Program-made: the position numbers and the translations under genes
Notes under the pieces: model-generated
The model's database searches: none
The model's input: the letters and a program-made list of their open reading frames with translations, nothing else
Told to the model about the DNA's origin: nothing
From: Azolla caroliniana
Taxonomy: Eukaryota > Plantae > Polypodiophyta
DNA: 64,000 nt
Reading direction: 5' to 3'
NCBI GenBank assembly: GCA_043228905.1
Contig: JBHGNT010000004.1
Coordinates: 20,584,001 to 20,648,000 of the forward strand
Shown: in pieces, positions 49,760-61,700 of the stretch
Position numbering within the stretch: the stretch's first letter is position 1
Layout: every line of letters begins with the position of its first letter

Positions 49760-49844
49760 CCGCCGGAGCGTCCAAAACCAGTATGAAGGATCCTCCTTGG
49801 GCTTGTCGTATCTTTGACCCTTATCCCGAGTCTTCCTTCTTCGC

Positions 49845-52800
49845 TGTGGGAAGCCGGGGCACTTCCGAAAGAATTGTCGGCATTACCGAAAAGACAATGG
49901 AACCGACAACACCGATTCGAAGAAGTCACCGGAGAGAAACGGTGCATACCGGGGAGCCACGGACCGGAATGGTTCGGATCGGCGAGGACAGGACCGGAAA
50001 GGAACGACGGCACTCGCGGCAAGTGAAGAGGAGATCATGCTCATCACCGAAGAAGGTGAACTAAACATTGCCGGCGATGAGACGACCTAGGTGGTCGATT
50101 CCGGAGCATCGTTCCACCTGACCCCGAAGAGAAGATACTTCTCATCCTACACAGCCGGCGAGCATGGCTGTGTTCGGATGGGAAACGAAGGTACGTGCCG
50201 GATTGCCGGCATAGGAGACGTGTGGTTGACAACCCCGACCGGATGCAAAATGCTGCTGAAGAATGTCCGACACGTTCCGGAGGTCCGACTGAACCTGATT
50301 TCGGCCGGGAGGCTAGATGATGAAGGCTACACGTGTAGCATCCGGAACGGTGTCATGAAGTTCAGCAAGGGGAGCTTGATAGTGGCTCGGGCCCGGAAGG
50401 TCAACACACTGTACCTGATGAATGCCCGGTTATGTCCGGAAGAGCTGAATGTGGCAACCGACACTGCCGGTGAGCTGTGGCACAAAAGACTGTGCCACAT
50501 GAGTGAGAAGGGGATGAAGAGGCTTGCAGAAGACAACCTTATTCCGGTGAAGCATGTGCACCTGGAGAAGTGCACCGACTGCCTGGCCGGTAAGCAGAAC
50601 CGAACCTCCTTCCACTCAAGGCCACCGACGAGACGTAGCGCACCATTGGAGTTGGTGCACACCGACGTGTGTCAGGTAGAAACGAAGTCACATGGCGGAG
50701 CCCAGTACTTCGTAACTTTCATAGATGATCACAGCCGAAGACTGTGGGCGGCACCGTTGAAGACAAAGGACCAAGTGTTGTGCGTCTTCAAAGAACTCCA
50801 CGCGAGAGTGGAAAGGGAATCCGGCAAGAAGCTGAAAGCGATACGAGCGGATAACGGAGGGGAATACCGGGGGCAGTTCCAGGAGTACTGTCGCTCGAAG
50901 GGAATCCGGCTCAAGTTTACTGTGCCGAAGACGCCGGAACTGAACGGGCTGGCCGAGAGGATGAACCGGACCATAATGGAGAGGGTTCGGAGTATGCTGG
51001 CGCATGCGAAATTACCCAAGGGGTTTTGGGCTGAGGCAATGTCGACGGCGACATATGTGATAAACAGATCACCCTCAGTACCTTTGGACGGAGACACGCC
51101 GCAGAAAGTGTGGACCGGTAAGGAAGTGTCCTACCGGCATCTGAAGGTGTTCGGGTGTCTCGCATACGTGCATGTGGCAAAGGACCGGAGAGGAAAGCTA
51201 CATCCAAAGACCCGGCCATGCATATTCCTCGGTTACGGCGATGACGAGTTCGGCTACCGAGTATGGGACCCGGTCGACAAGAAGATATTCAGGAGTCGAG
51301 ACATCATCTTCATGGAGGACAAGACACTCGCCGACTGGGAGTCGGAGAAGAAGGTAAATAGCTCCAAGTCGACCGGTGAGGATCAACTCTACAAGGAGCA
51401 GTCCCGACCGGCAAGGGACCGGTTAGCACTCGAGGATCCGGCCGAAGACGGTGAAGAAACAGAACCGGCCGAAGAAGATGAAAACGATACCGGAACCGGC
51501 CCCGATCCCGAAATGGATTCGGATGAAGAAGAATCGGAAGAACCGGTTACCGAAGCTCCGGAACGGAGATATCCTCTAAGAGAGAGAAGGGCCCCCCGGA
51601 GATTTCCGGAACCAGAGCACGTGCTGCTAACCGACGAGGGGGAGCCGGAGAGCTTTGAAGAAGCAAAACATGACACCCAGAGCCGCAGGTGGTTGAGTGC
51701 CATGCAGGACGAAATGGATTCCCTGCATGAGAACCACACATATGAACTTGTGGAGTTGCCGAAAGGAAAGCGGGCACTTCGAAACAAGTGGGTGTTCAAG
51801 CTGAAACCGGGAGATGCCGGAAACCCCCCGAGATACAAAGCCAGGATCGTGGTGAAGGGGTTTCAGCAGAAGAAGGGCGTCGACTTCGACGAGATATTTG
51901 CCCCGGTAGTGAAGATGACCTCCATCCGGACGGTGCTGAGCATAGCGGCAAGCATGGACCTCGAGGTAGAACAAATGGACGTGAAGACGGCATTCCTTCA
52001 CGGTGACCTCGATGAAGAGATCTACATGCAGCAACCGGAAGGATTCGAGAAGGAAGGGAAGGAGCACCTGGTATGCCGGTTGAAGAAGAGCCTTTACGGA
52101 CTGAAGCAGGCTCCCCGGCAATGGTACCGGAAGTTCGACTCCTTCATGACCGACGAAGGGTACCTCAAAACGCAGTCCGACCACTGCGTGTTTGTGAAGA
52201 AGTTCGAAGGAGGAGACTTTCTAATACTCCTCCTGTACGTGGACGTCATGTTGATCGTCGGACGGGACCAGGTCAAGATACGGATGCTGAAGAAGGCTCT
52301 TCACCGAACCTTCTCAATGAAGGACCTGGGTCCGGCGAGACAAATACTAGGGATGCACATCATCCGGGACCGGAAAAAGAAGCAGTTGTGGCTGTCACAG
52401 GAGAAGTACGTGACGAAGGTGCTTCACCGGTTCAACATGTCGGAAGCAAGACCGGTCGGATTGACCCTCCCGGCAAACTGCAAGTTGTCCAGCAAGCAAA
52501 GTCCCAAGACAAAGGCTGAAAAGGAGGATATGATGAAAGTGCCGTATGCCTCAGCCGTCGGGAGCTTGATGTACGCCATGGTGTGTACGAGACCGGACAT
52601 CGGATATGCAGTCGGAGTGGTGAGCCGGTACATGAGCAATCCCGGCAAAGAGCATTGGAACGCGGTCAAGTGGATACTCCGATACCTGAAGGGCACAGCG
52701 AATGTGTGCCTCCGATTCGGCTCCGGTAAACCCGAACTCGACGGTTTCACCGATTCGGATATGTCGGCTGATACAGATACCAGCCAGTCCACATCAGGGT

Positions 52801-53213
52801 ATGTGATGACGTATGCAGGGGGAGCTGTTTCGTGGCAGTCGAGGCTGCAGAAGACGGTTGCGTTGTCAACCACGGAGGCGGAGTACATGGCGGCTGTTGA
52901 AGCCGGCAAGGAAATAATATGGATGAAGGACTTCATTAGAGAGCTCGGTATCCGGCAGGAGGAGTACCGACTCTACTGCGACAGTCAGAGTGCAATCCAC
53001 CTTGCGAAGAACGCGGCCTATCACTCCCGGACGAAGCACATCCAGCGAAGATATCACTGGATCCGGGAAAGGATAGAAGACAAGGAGTTCATGCTGACAA
53101 AGATCCACACGGACGAGAACGGGTCGGATATGCTGACCAAGGTCCTCACACCCGACAAGCTGGAAGCATGCCGGAAGAGGATCGGATTGGAGAGACATCC
53201 CATGCCGAAGTGA
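49845..53213 (+). pseudogene. pol: Copia D gag end and pol, inactive
   Basis: TAG at 50088-50090 replaces the Trp of WVVDSG; 1040-aa ORF has RT motif YVDVM instead of YVDDM (52245-52247). Confidence 0.92.
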
Positions 53214-53223
53214 AGGGGGAGTT

Positions 53224-53820
53224 TGTTGGGATTACGGTCCCTTCGCATGGGATGGTCGGATATCGGAGATGAATGCCGACAAGCCCGGTTTCGGTTTCGG
53301 ATCCGGATGACGAAGACCCCGGTTTCGGTACCGGATGACGAATGTACCCGGAGAGCGATCCGGATGCAGGGACATATCCGTGAATATGTTCGCTATGGGC
53401 CCCTGAGGCTACAGTTGTAAATAGCCCAAAGTCATATGTGTATAAATATGACTTAGGGCAAACAGTTTTACTGTTGCTTCTCATTTTTCTGTTTTTCCAC
53501 TTTAGAGGAGTGAAGAGAGAGCAGCCGTGAGAGAGATAGAGGGCGAGAGAGGAAGAGGTAGACGCCTCTGTGTATTTCCGCCGCCTGTGGCGAGGACAGC
53601 GAGCTCAAGGTCGTCGCCTTGGAGCTCGTCATTGTATATTTCTCTGTGCATAGTTTGGTTTGGAGTCTCGCACTCCCGTGGTTTTTCCCGTATAGGGTTT
53701 TCCACGTTAATCCCTGTGTATCGTGTCTTTCTCTGTATTTCCTATTTTCTGCTGCATTGATCCGCGATTACTCGGTTGTGGCCGAGGGAAGAAGGTGAAT
53801 CGAAGCGTTGATTCCCAACA
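53224..53820 (+). repeat. 3' LTR of Copia D
   Basis: TGTTGGGAT...TTCCCAACA; homologous to 2722-3324. Confidence 0.92.
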
Positions 53821-55904
53821 AAAGGGTGGTCGATCGAGTCGGCCGGTTCAATGGGAATGAGGTCCTAAAAATTTTGGGAGCCTACAAGGCCGAGATGGCG
53901 AAAAGGGGTGTGGACGGGGCGATGCGACTAGAGTATTTTCCGCGAGTGGCGGCCGTATCGGTGCACAAGGACGTTAAGGAGCTACGAGAAGCTCACGAGT
54001 CATGGGAGTCCTTCGAGGGAGCTCTATTGGAAGCGTACGGATACGCGAAACCGGACTGGGTATGCGGGCAACCCGATGGGGAGCGGTCAACAACAACATG
54101 GCCCGCGAACGGCGGAGAAGAGAGAGCGGCGAGTGAGTACGCACTACCTCTGGAAGAGAGCTCAACGCAAAACGGTTCGGAGGAGCTCGACCTAGAAGCG
54201 CTAATACGGGAGGCATGCGAGCTTGTGAAGGGGAAAATCGAAGCCGAAGAAGGGCTTATTATGGAGCCGGGCCGGAGGCGATCGGAGGTTGAGGAGGCCA
54301 AAAGAGAATGGTACATCGATACCACGGGAGAGGGTGTGGAGCGAGCCACCCTCTCAACATCCAGAGAAAGATCGACCGAGGACAAGGTCGGGGACGGTGA
54401 GGCGGCGATCGCCGATTCGAGCGGACATGAGGGAGTTCGGGCATGGAGGCCCGAAACATCGAGCGGGGAGAAGACGGGCGGTGGTGCCGCGACCTTATGC
54501 ACACCGGCCCTAGAGACTCCGGCAACCGGCCCAAGAGCCGGTGTGAGACCTAGAGTGACAGGCGGTGGTGGCGGCAAGGCGGGCAACCACGACGGCGATG
54601 ACATGGGAGAGGGTGCGAAAAGAGCGACTCTCTCGTCTTGCGGCGAATGGACGGCCATGGAGGCCGGTAACTACGGATTCGGGACATGGTGGCCCGAAAC
54701 ATCGAGGGAGGAGGAGACAAGCGGCGGTGCCGCGACCTTACACACACCGGCCCTAGAGGCACCGGCGGTCGGCCCAATTGCCGGCGTGAGACCTAGAGCG
54801 ACGAGCAGTGGCGGCGGCAAGGCGGGCAACCGAGACAACGGTATGGAGACCGTGGAAGAGGAGGCGGCAAGAATAATTGATGCTTGCATATACGGAGGCT
54901 GGGTAACCACGGACGACGATGTCCGAATGGAGGTGGCTACGGGCATAGCATCGACAAGGGGCGGGAAGGCGGACGACCACGGCGACGATGTGGGAGAGGG
55001 TGCGGAGCGAGCGACCCTCTGGACTTGTGGAAAGAGGACGGCCATAGATGAGGCCGATATCTACGGAGCAATGGACGCCACTTTGAGAGTGGGCGAAAGT
55101 TTCGGGACGCGGTTGCCCGAAACGTTCTACGAGGATTTCGCAAGCATACTAGAGGCTTGCGAAATCGAGGAAGAAGAGGAGACGAGCGGCGGTGCCGCGA
55201 CCTTCCACACACCGGTCCTAGAGACTCCGGCAACCGGCCCGAGAGCCAGTGTGAGACCTAGAGAGACAGACGGTGGCGGCGGCAAGGCGGGCAACCGAAA
55301 TGACGAAGAGGAGGTTTGTAGCGGACGGAGGAGAGATCCCTCGACACTGGGGCCGGAGACTTCGGCGGTTGCGCCCGAGCGCGGACATAAGACCAGGGAG
55401 ATGGGCGGTGGCCGTGAGGATGAGAGGCCCGGAGTGGGCACGTGCGAAAAGACAGAAGGAGAGGTCCGGAGCGGCATCGAGGAGCGAGTCGGGAACCGAC
55501 CCGACCGAAAGATGAGTCGGTCAGTAATCCGACCTGACCGGGAGGCGGAGCGGAAGAAGAGTGAAGCGGGGACCGGTCAACCGGGCACGAACCGAAGGAA
55601 ACCGACAAGACCGGGATTGTTTGATCGATTCGTAGTCGGCCGGGTACGGTTACGGTGGGAGCCGGTGAGAGCGAGAAGGAGGCCTAGTGGGCACGGTGAT
55701 CACGGCTTGCTAGAAGACCGAGAGCGAGAGGGACCTTCCACACCCATTCTAGAGGCTTCGGCGGTTGCGGATCAACGTGAGACCGGAGAGACGGCGGGTG
55801 GCGGCGAGGAGTCGGAGGCCGAAGCGGACAAAGTTATCAGAGCGGGTATCCGGTATGAGATGATGGACGAGTGGGTCCAAGATGGCAAGCTCGGGTCGGA
55901 ACGG
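53821..55904 (+). CDS. Element L ORF, part 1: Gag N-terminal-like domain fused to a Gly/Glu/Arg-rich repetitive tail (5' end cut by Copia D)
   Basis: RVVDRVGRFNGNEVLKILGAYKAEM..YFPRVA..SWESFEGALLEAYG aligns with family Gag GTIGRFTGKDATKYLASYGAEM..FPRVA..TWEEFEGRLLEKYG; three copies of GGAATLxTPxLExPAxGPxAxVRPR. Confidence 0.7.
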
Positions 55905-56621
55905 TGTCGTGAAGAAAACCGCCCACAAGAGGAATCGGAGGAACAAGGCGTGGGAAACGGCTCTACACACACACGCGCGCCAAGAAGTACCTAAGGTCGA
56001 AGTAGGTACATACGAGGATCCTAGGTGGGTAGATTCGGTTGGTATGCAGTTAATGCCAAACGGCCTCTTGACGGGCTATAAAAGGAAGAGGAAGACTAGA
56101 AGTGGGGTATCTCGCGCGGAGAGGACGAAGTGCTGCCGAACCGATTTCGGAGCTTCTCTCTCACTCCTGCCTTCTCTGTCTTCTGCTCCATCGCGTACCT
56201 GTGCAGGTTTCGAGGAGGCTTGCGCTGTTCCGTGGAACGCCCCGAGCGCGTCCTGCAGCACCTCCGACCTGTTTTCCCTTTCTGTGCGTCGCGACATACA
56301 GGGGTCGGCATCTGTTCGCCGCCCTGTTCGTTTTCGTTAGTATCTATTTCGTGCCCCACCGTGGGTTGTAATACTTTAGTCTGTTATTTTCTTGCATTCA
56401 TAAGTACATATCTTTCGTTGTTGCGTCCATCTGCGTCGGCGTTTATTTGTGATCTCTGTTTGTTGGGCCGTGTCCCTGTGCAATCGTCGGTTCTGCGCAA
56501 TCGGATCTTCGGTTCTGTGTAATCGGGTCTCTCTCTCTTACTCCTCTCTCTCTTGCTCTTCGGTTCAAGACCCCCGTGGTCCCTCCTCCTTTCTACACGC
56601 AAGGGCGTAGCAACCCCGACA
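55905..56621 (+). repeat. 5' LTR of Gypsy E
   Basis: TGTCG...CGACA; CTATAAAAGG near 56075. Confidence 0.97.
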
Positions 56622-56624
56622 TCT

Positions 56625-56642
56625 TGGTGAACCCGACGTGAA
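56625..56642 (+). promoter_or_regulatory. Primer binding site, tRNA-Trp
   Basis: TGGTGAACCCGACGTGAA, 3 nt after the LTR. Confidence 0.88.
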
Positions 56643-56664
56643 AGAGGCGGCAGAAGAGTAGGAA

Positions 56665-58791
56665 ATGAAGGGGGCGGATCTTGCAGAGGCCATGGCTTCG
56701 GCCGTGGATCGGATAGTAAGCGCGCGCGAGGGCACCGGCGCCCTCGATAGAGCTATTGAGGCGGTCGTCGGAACGATCGGTCGATTCACCGGAAAAGATG
56801 CCACGAAGTACCTGGCGTCCTACGGTGCGGAAATGTTAATGCGGGACATTCCGGAAGACAGGCGTCTTGCCGGTTTTCCCCGAGTGGCGATGCCGAGCAT
56901 CCACGCGGAGGTGCTCGAGGTGCGGGTGGAGAGCCGTACCTGGGAGGAGTTCGAAGGTCGGCTCCTGGAAAAATACGGACTGGACGACGCGCTCCGGCTT
57001 TCGAAGCGAAGCTTCATGGAGTGGGTGGAGTCTCCCGGGAAAGGAAGGAATGCGTCGGCACTCCTCCGGGAGTTCGAGGAGAACTTCGCGCGCCTTTCGG
57101 CGCTTGACAGGATGGTCCTGGATACAAGCCGGGTCCTGCTGTTCGTCAAATCGGTTGACGAGAGGGATCGGAGTCACGTGGGCGCCCTGCTAGAAACCGA
57201 AGACGGGCTGACAGCCGACTGGGCGGCGGTCAAGAGAGCCTGCGGCCGTTTCGACAAACGGCGAGAATGGGAGGATGACAGAGCAACCGGGTCGGGCTCA
57301 GTCGCGGCGAGGATACTCGAGCCGGCGCAGCCGGTGCGAAGGGAAGAGACTCGGGAGTGGCTGGAATCCGGTTCAGCTCCGACCGGCGTGATCAGAGGCA
57401 CGACTGGAGGAGCTGCGTTGGAGGAACTGACGAGGGCGATAAAAGACCTCCAAATCGCACAAGCCCGCAGAGAAGGCGGAGGACCTGCTCGTGACCGACG
57501 GCCGGCGGCGGGGAACAGGTGCATGTGGTGCGACGGGGTCGGCCACATCCGAAAAGACTGCGGCGATTTCGCAGAGGCGCTGAAGAACCGGGTGGTATAC
57601 CTATGGGAAGGCCGGGTTCACGCCAACGACACGAGAAGGGCCCTAAACCGAAACGACGGGCGAGGCGGAATGAAGAGGTTGATGGAAGAGGCGGCGGCCC
57701 GACATGCGGAAACCGTCCACTACTCGGCGTCGGCCGGTATTCGAGTCGGGGGCAACGAGGCCCGAAGAGGAAGCAAAGCCGGATTCTGGCCGACGGTGCT
57801 GGAAGGCCTTGCCGATACGAGGATGAAGAGGGAGGAATCGGACCGTGCGGAGAAACGGGTACGGGAGATGACCGGGTGGAGCGACCCGGTCGAGGAAAAG
57901 ACGGGCTTCGTGGAAGCCGCTTGCCGGAACTACGAGGCTCTGGTAGAAGAGAAGCGGGTGGGGAAACCCGGGACGACCGGGCCCTCACAACGATACGAGA
58001 CCCGGTCTGGGCCACGACGGGACGAAGCCGGCGGGGCCGGTACGCAAGATAAACCCCAGAAGGGCGGGTACCGTCTGGGGACGGAGATAGAAAGAACCAC
58101 GGACTTACGAAAGGTCCTGGAGGAACGGATCCTCGACAGCAAGGTGGAGCTGTCGCTACGGGAGGTGCTGGGAATCGCCAAGAAGGAGTTCCACGACTCC
58201 ATCGTGGACTTGGTGAAACGGAAGAGGCTGTCAACGGAGACAGAACCGGAAAGACCGGTGGAAGTACAGACGACGCACCTAGACGACATGGCGCTGGGAG
58301 ACGAGTGGGCGGAAAGCCACTATTCGAGACCGCACTGGGCCCGAGCGACCACGGAAACCCCGGTGAAGATCGGCGATGTCCAGGAACCGGTGATAGCTTT
58401 GGTAGACCACGGATCGGAGATCAATTTGATGTCCATGGACTTCTATAAGAAGGGCAAATGGCCGATCAACACCAAGCACGGGTGGAAAATAAGGGCAGCA
58501 ACGCGCGCCACCGAGGAACTGCACGGGGCCTGTCCGAATGTGCGAGTCAAGATCGGCGACGTCGAGATTGACCAGCACTTCTTCGTGCAGGAGACGTCCT
58601 CGCATCCGGTCATACTGGGAGAGCCGTACATCACGGCGGCGCGAATGGAGACCAAGGTGCTGGACAATGGTTCGGCCTATGCGCGGGTCAAGAGCCAGGA
58701 CGGGCGCCATTCGGTCCAGTTTTTGACGGTTAGGCCGAACCACGAGCGTAACCGCGACTCCCTCGGTTCCGATAACCGAGAGGACTTTTAG
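56665..58791 (+). CDS. gag: Gag-protease polyprotein, 708 aa
   Basis: CMWCDGVGHIRKDC zinc knuckle; aspartic protease ALVDHGSEINLM ... VILGEPY. Confidence 0.93.
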   Translation: MKGADLAEAMASAVDRIVSAREGTGALDRAIEAVVGTIGRFTGKDATKYLASYGAEMLMRDIPEDRRLAGFPRVAMPSIHAEVLEVRVESRTWEEFEGRLLEKYGLDDALRLSKRSFMEWVESPGKGRNASALLREFEENFARLSALDRMVLDTSRVLLFVKSVDERDRSHVGALLETEDGLTADWAAVKRACGRFDKRREWEDDRATGSGSVAARILEPAQPVRREETREWLESGSAPTGVIRGTTGGAALEELTRAIKDLQIAQARREGGGPARDRRPAAGNRCMWCDGVGHIRKDCGDFAEALKNRVVYLWEGRVHANDTRRALNRNDGRGGMKRLMEEAAARHAETVHYSASAGIRVGGNEARRGSKAGFWPTVLEGLADTRMKREESDRAEKRVREMTGWSDPVEEKTGFVEAACRNYEALVEEKRVGKPGTTGPSQRYETRSGPRRDEAGGAGTQDKPQKGGYRLGTEIERTTDLRKVLEERILDSKVELSLREVLGIAKKEFHDSIVDLVKRKRLSTETEPERPVEVQTTHLDDMALGDEWAESHYSRPHWARATTETPVKIGDVQEPVIALVDHGSEINLMSMDFYKKGKWPINTKHGWKIRAATRATEELHGACPNVRVKIGDVEIDQHFFVQETSSHPVILGEPYITAARMETKVLDNGSAYARVKSQDGRHSVQFLTVRPNHERNRDSLGSDNREDF

Positions 58792-61700
58792 AGAGGGCTG
58801 CCAAGGCGTGGGGCCGCGACAGTCCGGACACCCCGGGAAAACCCCACACCTGTACGATAAAACCGAAGAAACCTTGTACCATAGGTAGGGAATTTTTGTT
58901 CTCCGACAGCGGAGCGTGTACGATAGCCGGCATCGGCGGCCGAGAGAAGACAAAGGCGGAGGGGAGACTTCGAGCGTGCGGAGTTCTCGGCCCTGACGAG
59001 GAAATCAACGGAGCCGTGGAGGCGGTCTCATTCGACGACACCTTGGGAATGCTGGGAAAGGTAGTCGAAGAAGGCCTTAACGAAGACCGGACGATACCGG
59101 TGTGTTCCGAGGAGATGTACGAAGTCATCGCGGACTTCGGTCGAGGGCTCGAGTCGGTTCGGACGGCCCACGTAAGCACCAAGTACAAGACTGTGGACCG
59201 GAAGGTAAGGCCAGTCGCGGCACCCTTACCGGAGGACAGCGCGTCGAGAATCAAAGGGGTTGCATCGGACCCTAGTCTACGAGATCCGGCCTGCATAGGA
59301 CACACCTTCACCGACGAGACGCTCCGAGAGCTCAAAATCGGTGGGGGCGGGTTCCTACTGCCGGCGGAGGAAGACCGGTTTCGGAGAATGCTCGGAAGGC
59401 ACGGGAAAGCCTTCGCATTCTCGCCGGAGGAAATCGGGTGCGTTGACCCGACGATCGTGGAGCCGATGGTGATATTCACGGTACCGCATGTACCATGGAA
59501 TCTCAAGCCAATCCCGGTTCCGAGAGCTCACATCCCGAAGTTGATGGAGCTGCTGAGGCAGAAAGTTGATATGGGAATTCTCGAGCCGTCGAGCGCCCCA
59601 TATTCGAATCGATGGTTTACCGTACCGAAGAAAAACGGTTCGTTGCGCTTCATCCAGGACCTGCAGCCGGTCAATCGAGTGACCATTCGGAACGCAGGGA
59701 TCGGACCGACCATAGACGAGTTCGCGGAGGCCTTCGCCGGAAGGTCAATTTACTCGGTCGGGGATCTATACTCAGGGTACGACCAGTTCCAGCTAGCCGT
59801 GGAGAGCAGAGACATTACGACGATGCGAACTCCCCTCGGCCTAGTTCGGATGTGTACACTGCCGCAAGGAGGGACCAACTCGGTGGCCCACATGGTGAAT
59901 GCGATGAACAAGGTTCTGAGGGACTGTATCCCGGACATCACCATGCCGTTTCTGGACGACATCCCGATCAAGGGATGCCCGGTGGAAGAAAAGGACGAGA
60001 CGATCGGGCCGGACGGATGCCGGCGATTCGTGGCGGCGCACATCGACGACTGCGAGAAGGTGCTGCAAAGGCTAGAGGATGCGAGACTCACCTTCTCCGG
60101 GGAGAAGTCGGCCTTCGGGCAGTCAGAAATCATGGTGGTCGGACACCTGTGCGGACCATATGGCCGGAAACCGTCTCCGGCAAAGGTAGAAGCCATCTCC
60201 GCGATGAAGCCCGACTGCAGCTCGGTCACGGAAGTACGGAGATTCCTGGGGGCATGCGCGTTCTACCACATATGGATCCCGCATTACGCACACGTCGCGG
60301 AGCCACTGTACGGGTTGCTGAAAAAGGGGCGAAGGTTCGAATGGCTAGACGAGCACGCGGAATCGGTCCGGAAGCTGAAAGAGGCCCTTGCAGCGGCACC
60401 GGCACTCCGGAAGGCGGTATACGGGAAGGGTACCCCGGTATTCATAACGGTGGATACCAGTCCGACCGGGATCGGATGGGTCGTGAACCAGGAAGACGAG
60501 GACGGCAATCGGTTTCCGATCCGATTCGGCGCGAAAGTCCTCAGTGAACGGCAGCAAGGATACGCCCAGGTTAAACGCGAACTCTGGGGTATTGTTTCGG
60601 CGGTTAAGGCCGACAAAGACTACCTGATAGGGACAGAAGTGATCATCGAGACGGATTGCCTGCCGATTCTCGGTATGGTTTCCGGATGCGCGACTCCGGA
60701 CCTGGCGATGCTCAGGTGGATAGCGTACATCAAGTCCCTGGACCCGGAAATACGACACATTTCCGGGAAAGACAACGCCATGGCCGACATGCTTTCGAGG
60801 GCGAGGTTCGACGACGAGGGCGGCATGGTTTCGGAAGACGAAGAAGTCGGCGTGGATTTCTTCGAGGCGGCATACATAACGACCGACGGGATGAGCACTC
60901 CGGCGCTTAATGAGTTCGACGCGAGCAAGTACGACGGGGAGTGGCTGCAGATCGGCGGGTTTTTGAAGACAATGACGCCCGATGCGTCATGGACGAAGGA
61001 CGAGGCCAACCGGATCCGGAAGAAAGCATATCGATTCTTTCTCCGAGATGGGCATTTGTGGAAGCACCCGAAGAAGAGGAACGGCGTCCCGCTCCGGGTG
61101 GTGGCGATGAAGGAAGAACAGGAGGAGCTACTGGCGGCCTACCACGACAGCCCTTGGGCTGGACACCGTGGAACGTGGGCGACATTTGAGAAGCTGAAGG
61201 GGAAGTACTGGTGGCCGGGATTGTACCAGGATGTGCATCGGTTCGTGACAACTTGCGAGAGCTGCCAGATGCACTCCATAGTCCGACATCGAGACGAGCT
61301 TCACCCTACGTACCCTCCGGCCATCCATTTCAAAGGGATGGTAGATCTGGTGACGATGCCGATGGGGGTAGGACAGATGCGGTATCTGGTCCTAGCGCGG
61401 GAAGACCTGACGAACCAGGTGGAAGGCCGAGCCCTTCAGAACAAGACGACCGCGGCCGTGTGTCGGTTCCTGATCGAGGACGTGATATGCCGGTACGGGT
61501 GCGTCGGGAAGATCGTGGCTGACCGAGGGGAGTTGGACGCCGAGGAAGCCGCGGAGCTGTTCGATCGGCTGGGAGTCAAACTCTCGCTCACCACTGCGTA
61601 CAACCCGGAGGCGAATGGAAAGGTGGAGCGCGGACACGGGCCGATCGTTAAAGCGCTGGTTCGGGCATGCGGAGGCCAAGTCGGTAACTGGCCGCGACTT

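Larger units (their letters stand above)
46196..49844 (-). mobile_element. 3' half of a pol-less (non-autonomous) relative of the Trp-primed Gypsy family, copy K
   Basis: LTR 46196-46923 starts TGTCGTGAAGATTT on the minus strand like H; family PPT and upstream motif at 46924-46965; internal repeats homologous to 54470-55300; no RT/INT. Confidence 0.75.
49845..53820 (+). mobile_element. 5'-truncated Copia copy D
   Basis: Begins abruptly in the zinc knuckle (CGKPGHF); PPT 53213-53221; 3' LTR 53224-53820. Confidence 0.93.

Noticed and set aside
53808-55994. 728-aa ORF as annotated in the track
   Set aside because: Its start lies in the Copia D LTR and its last ~29 codons in the Gypsy E LTR; both ends are insertion artefacts
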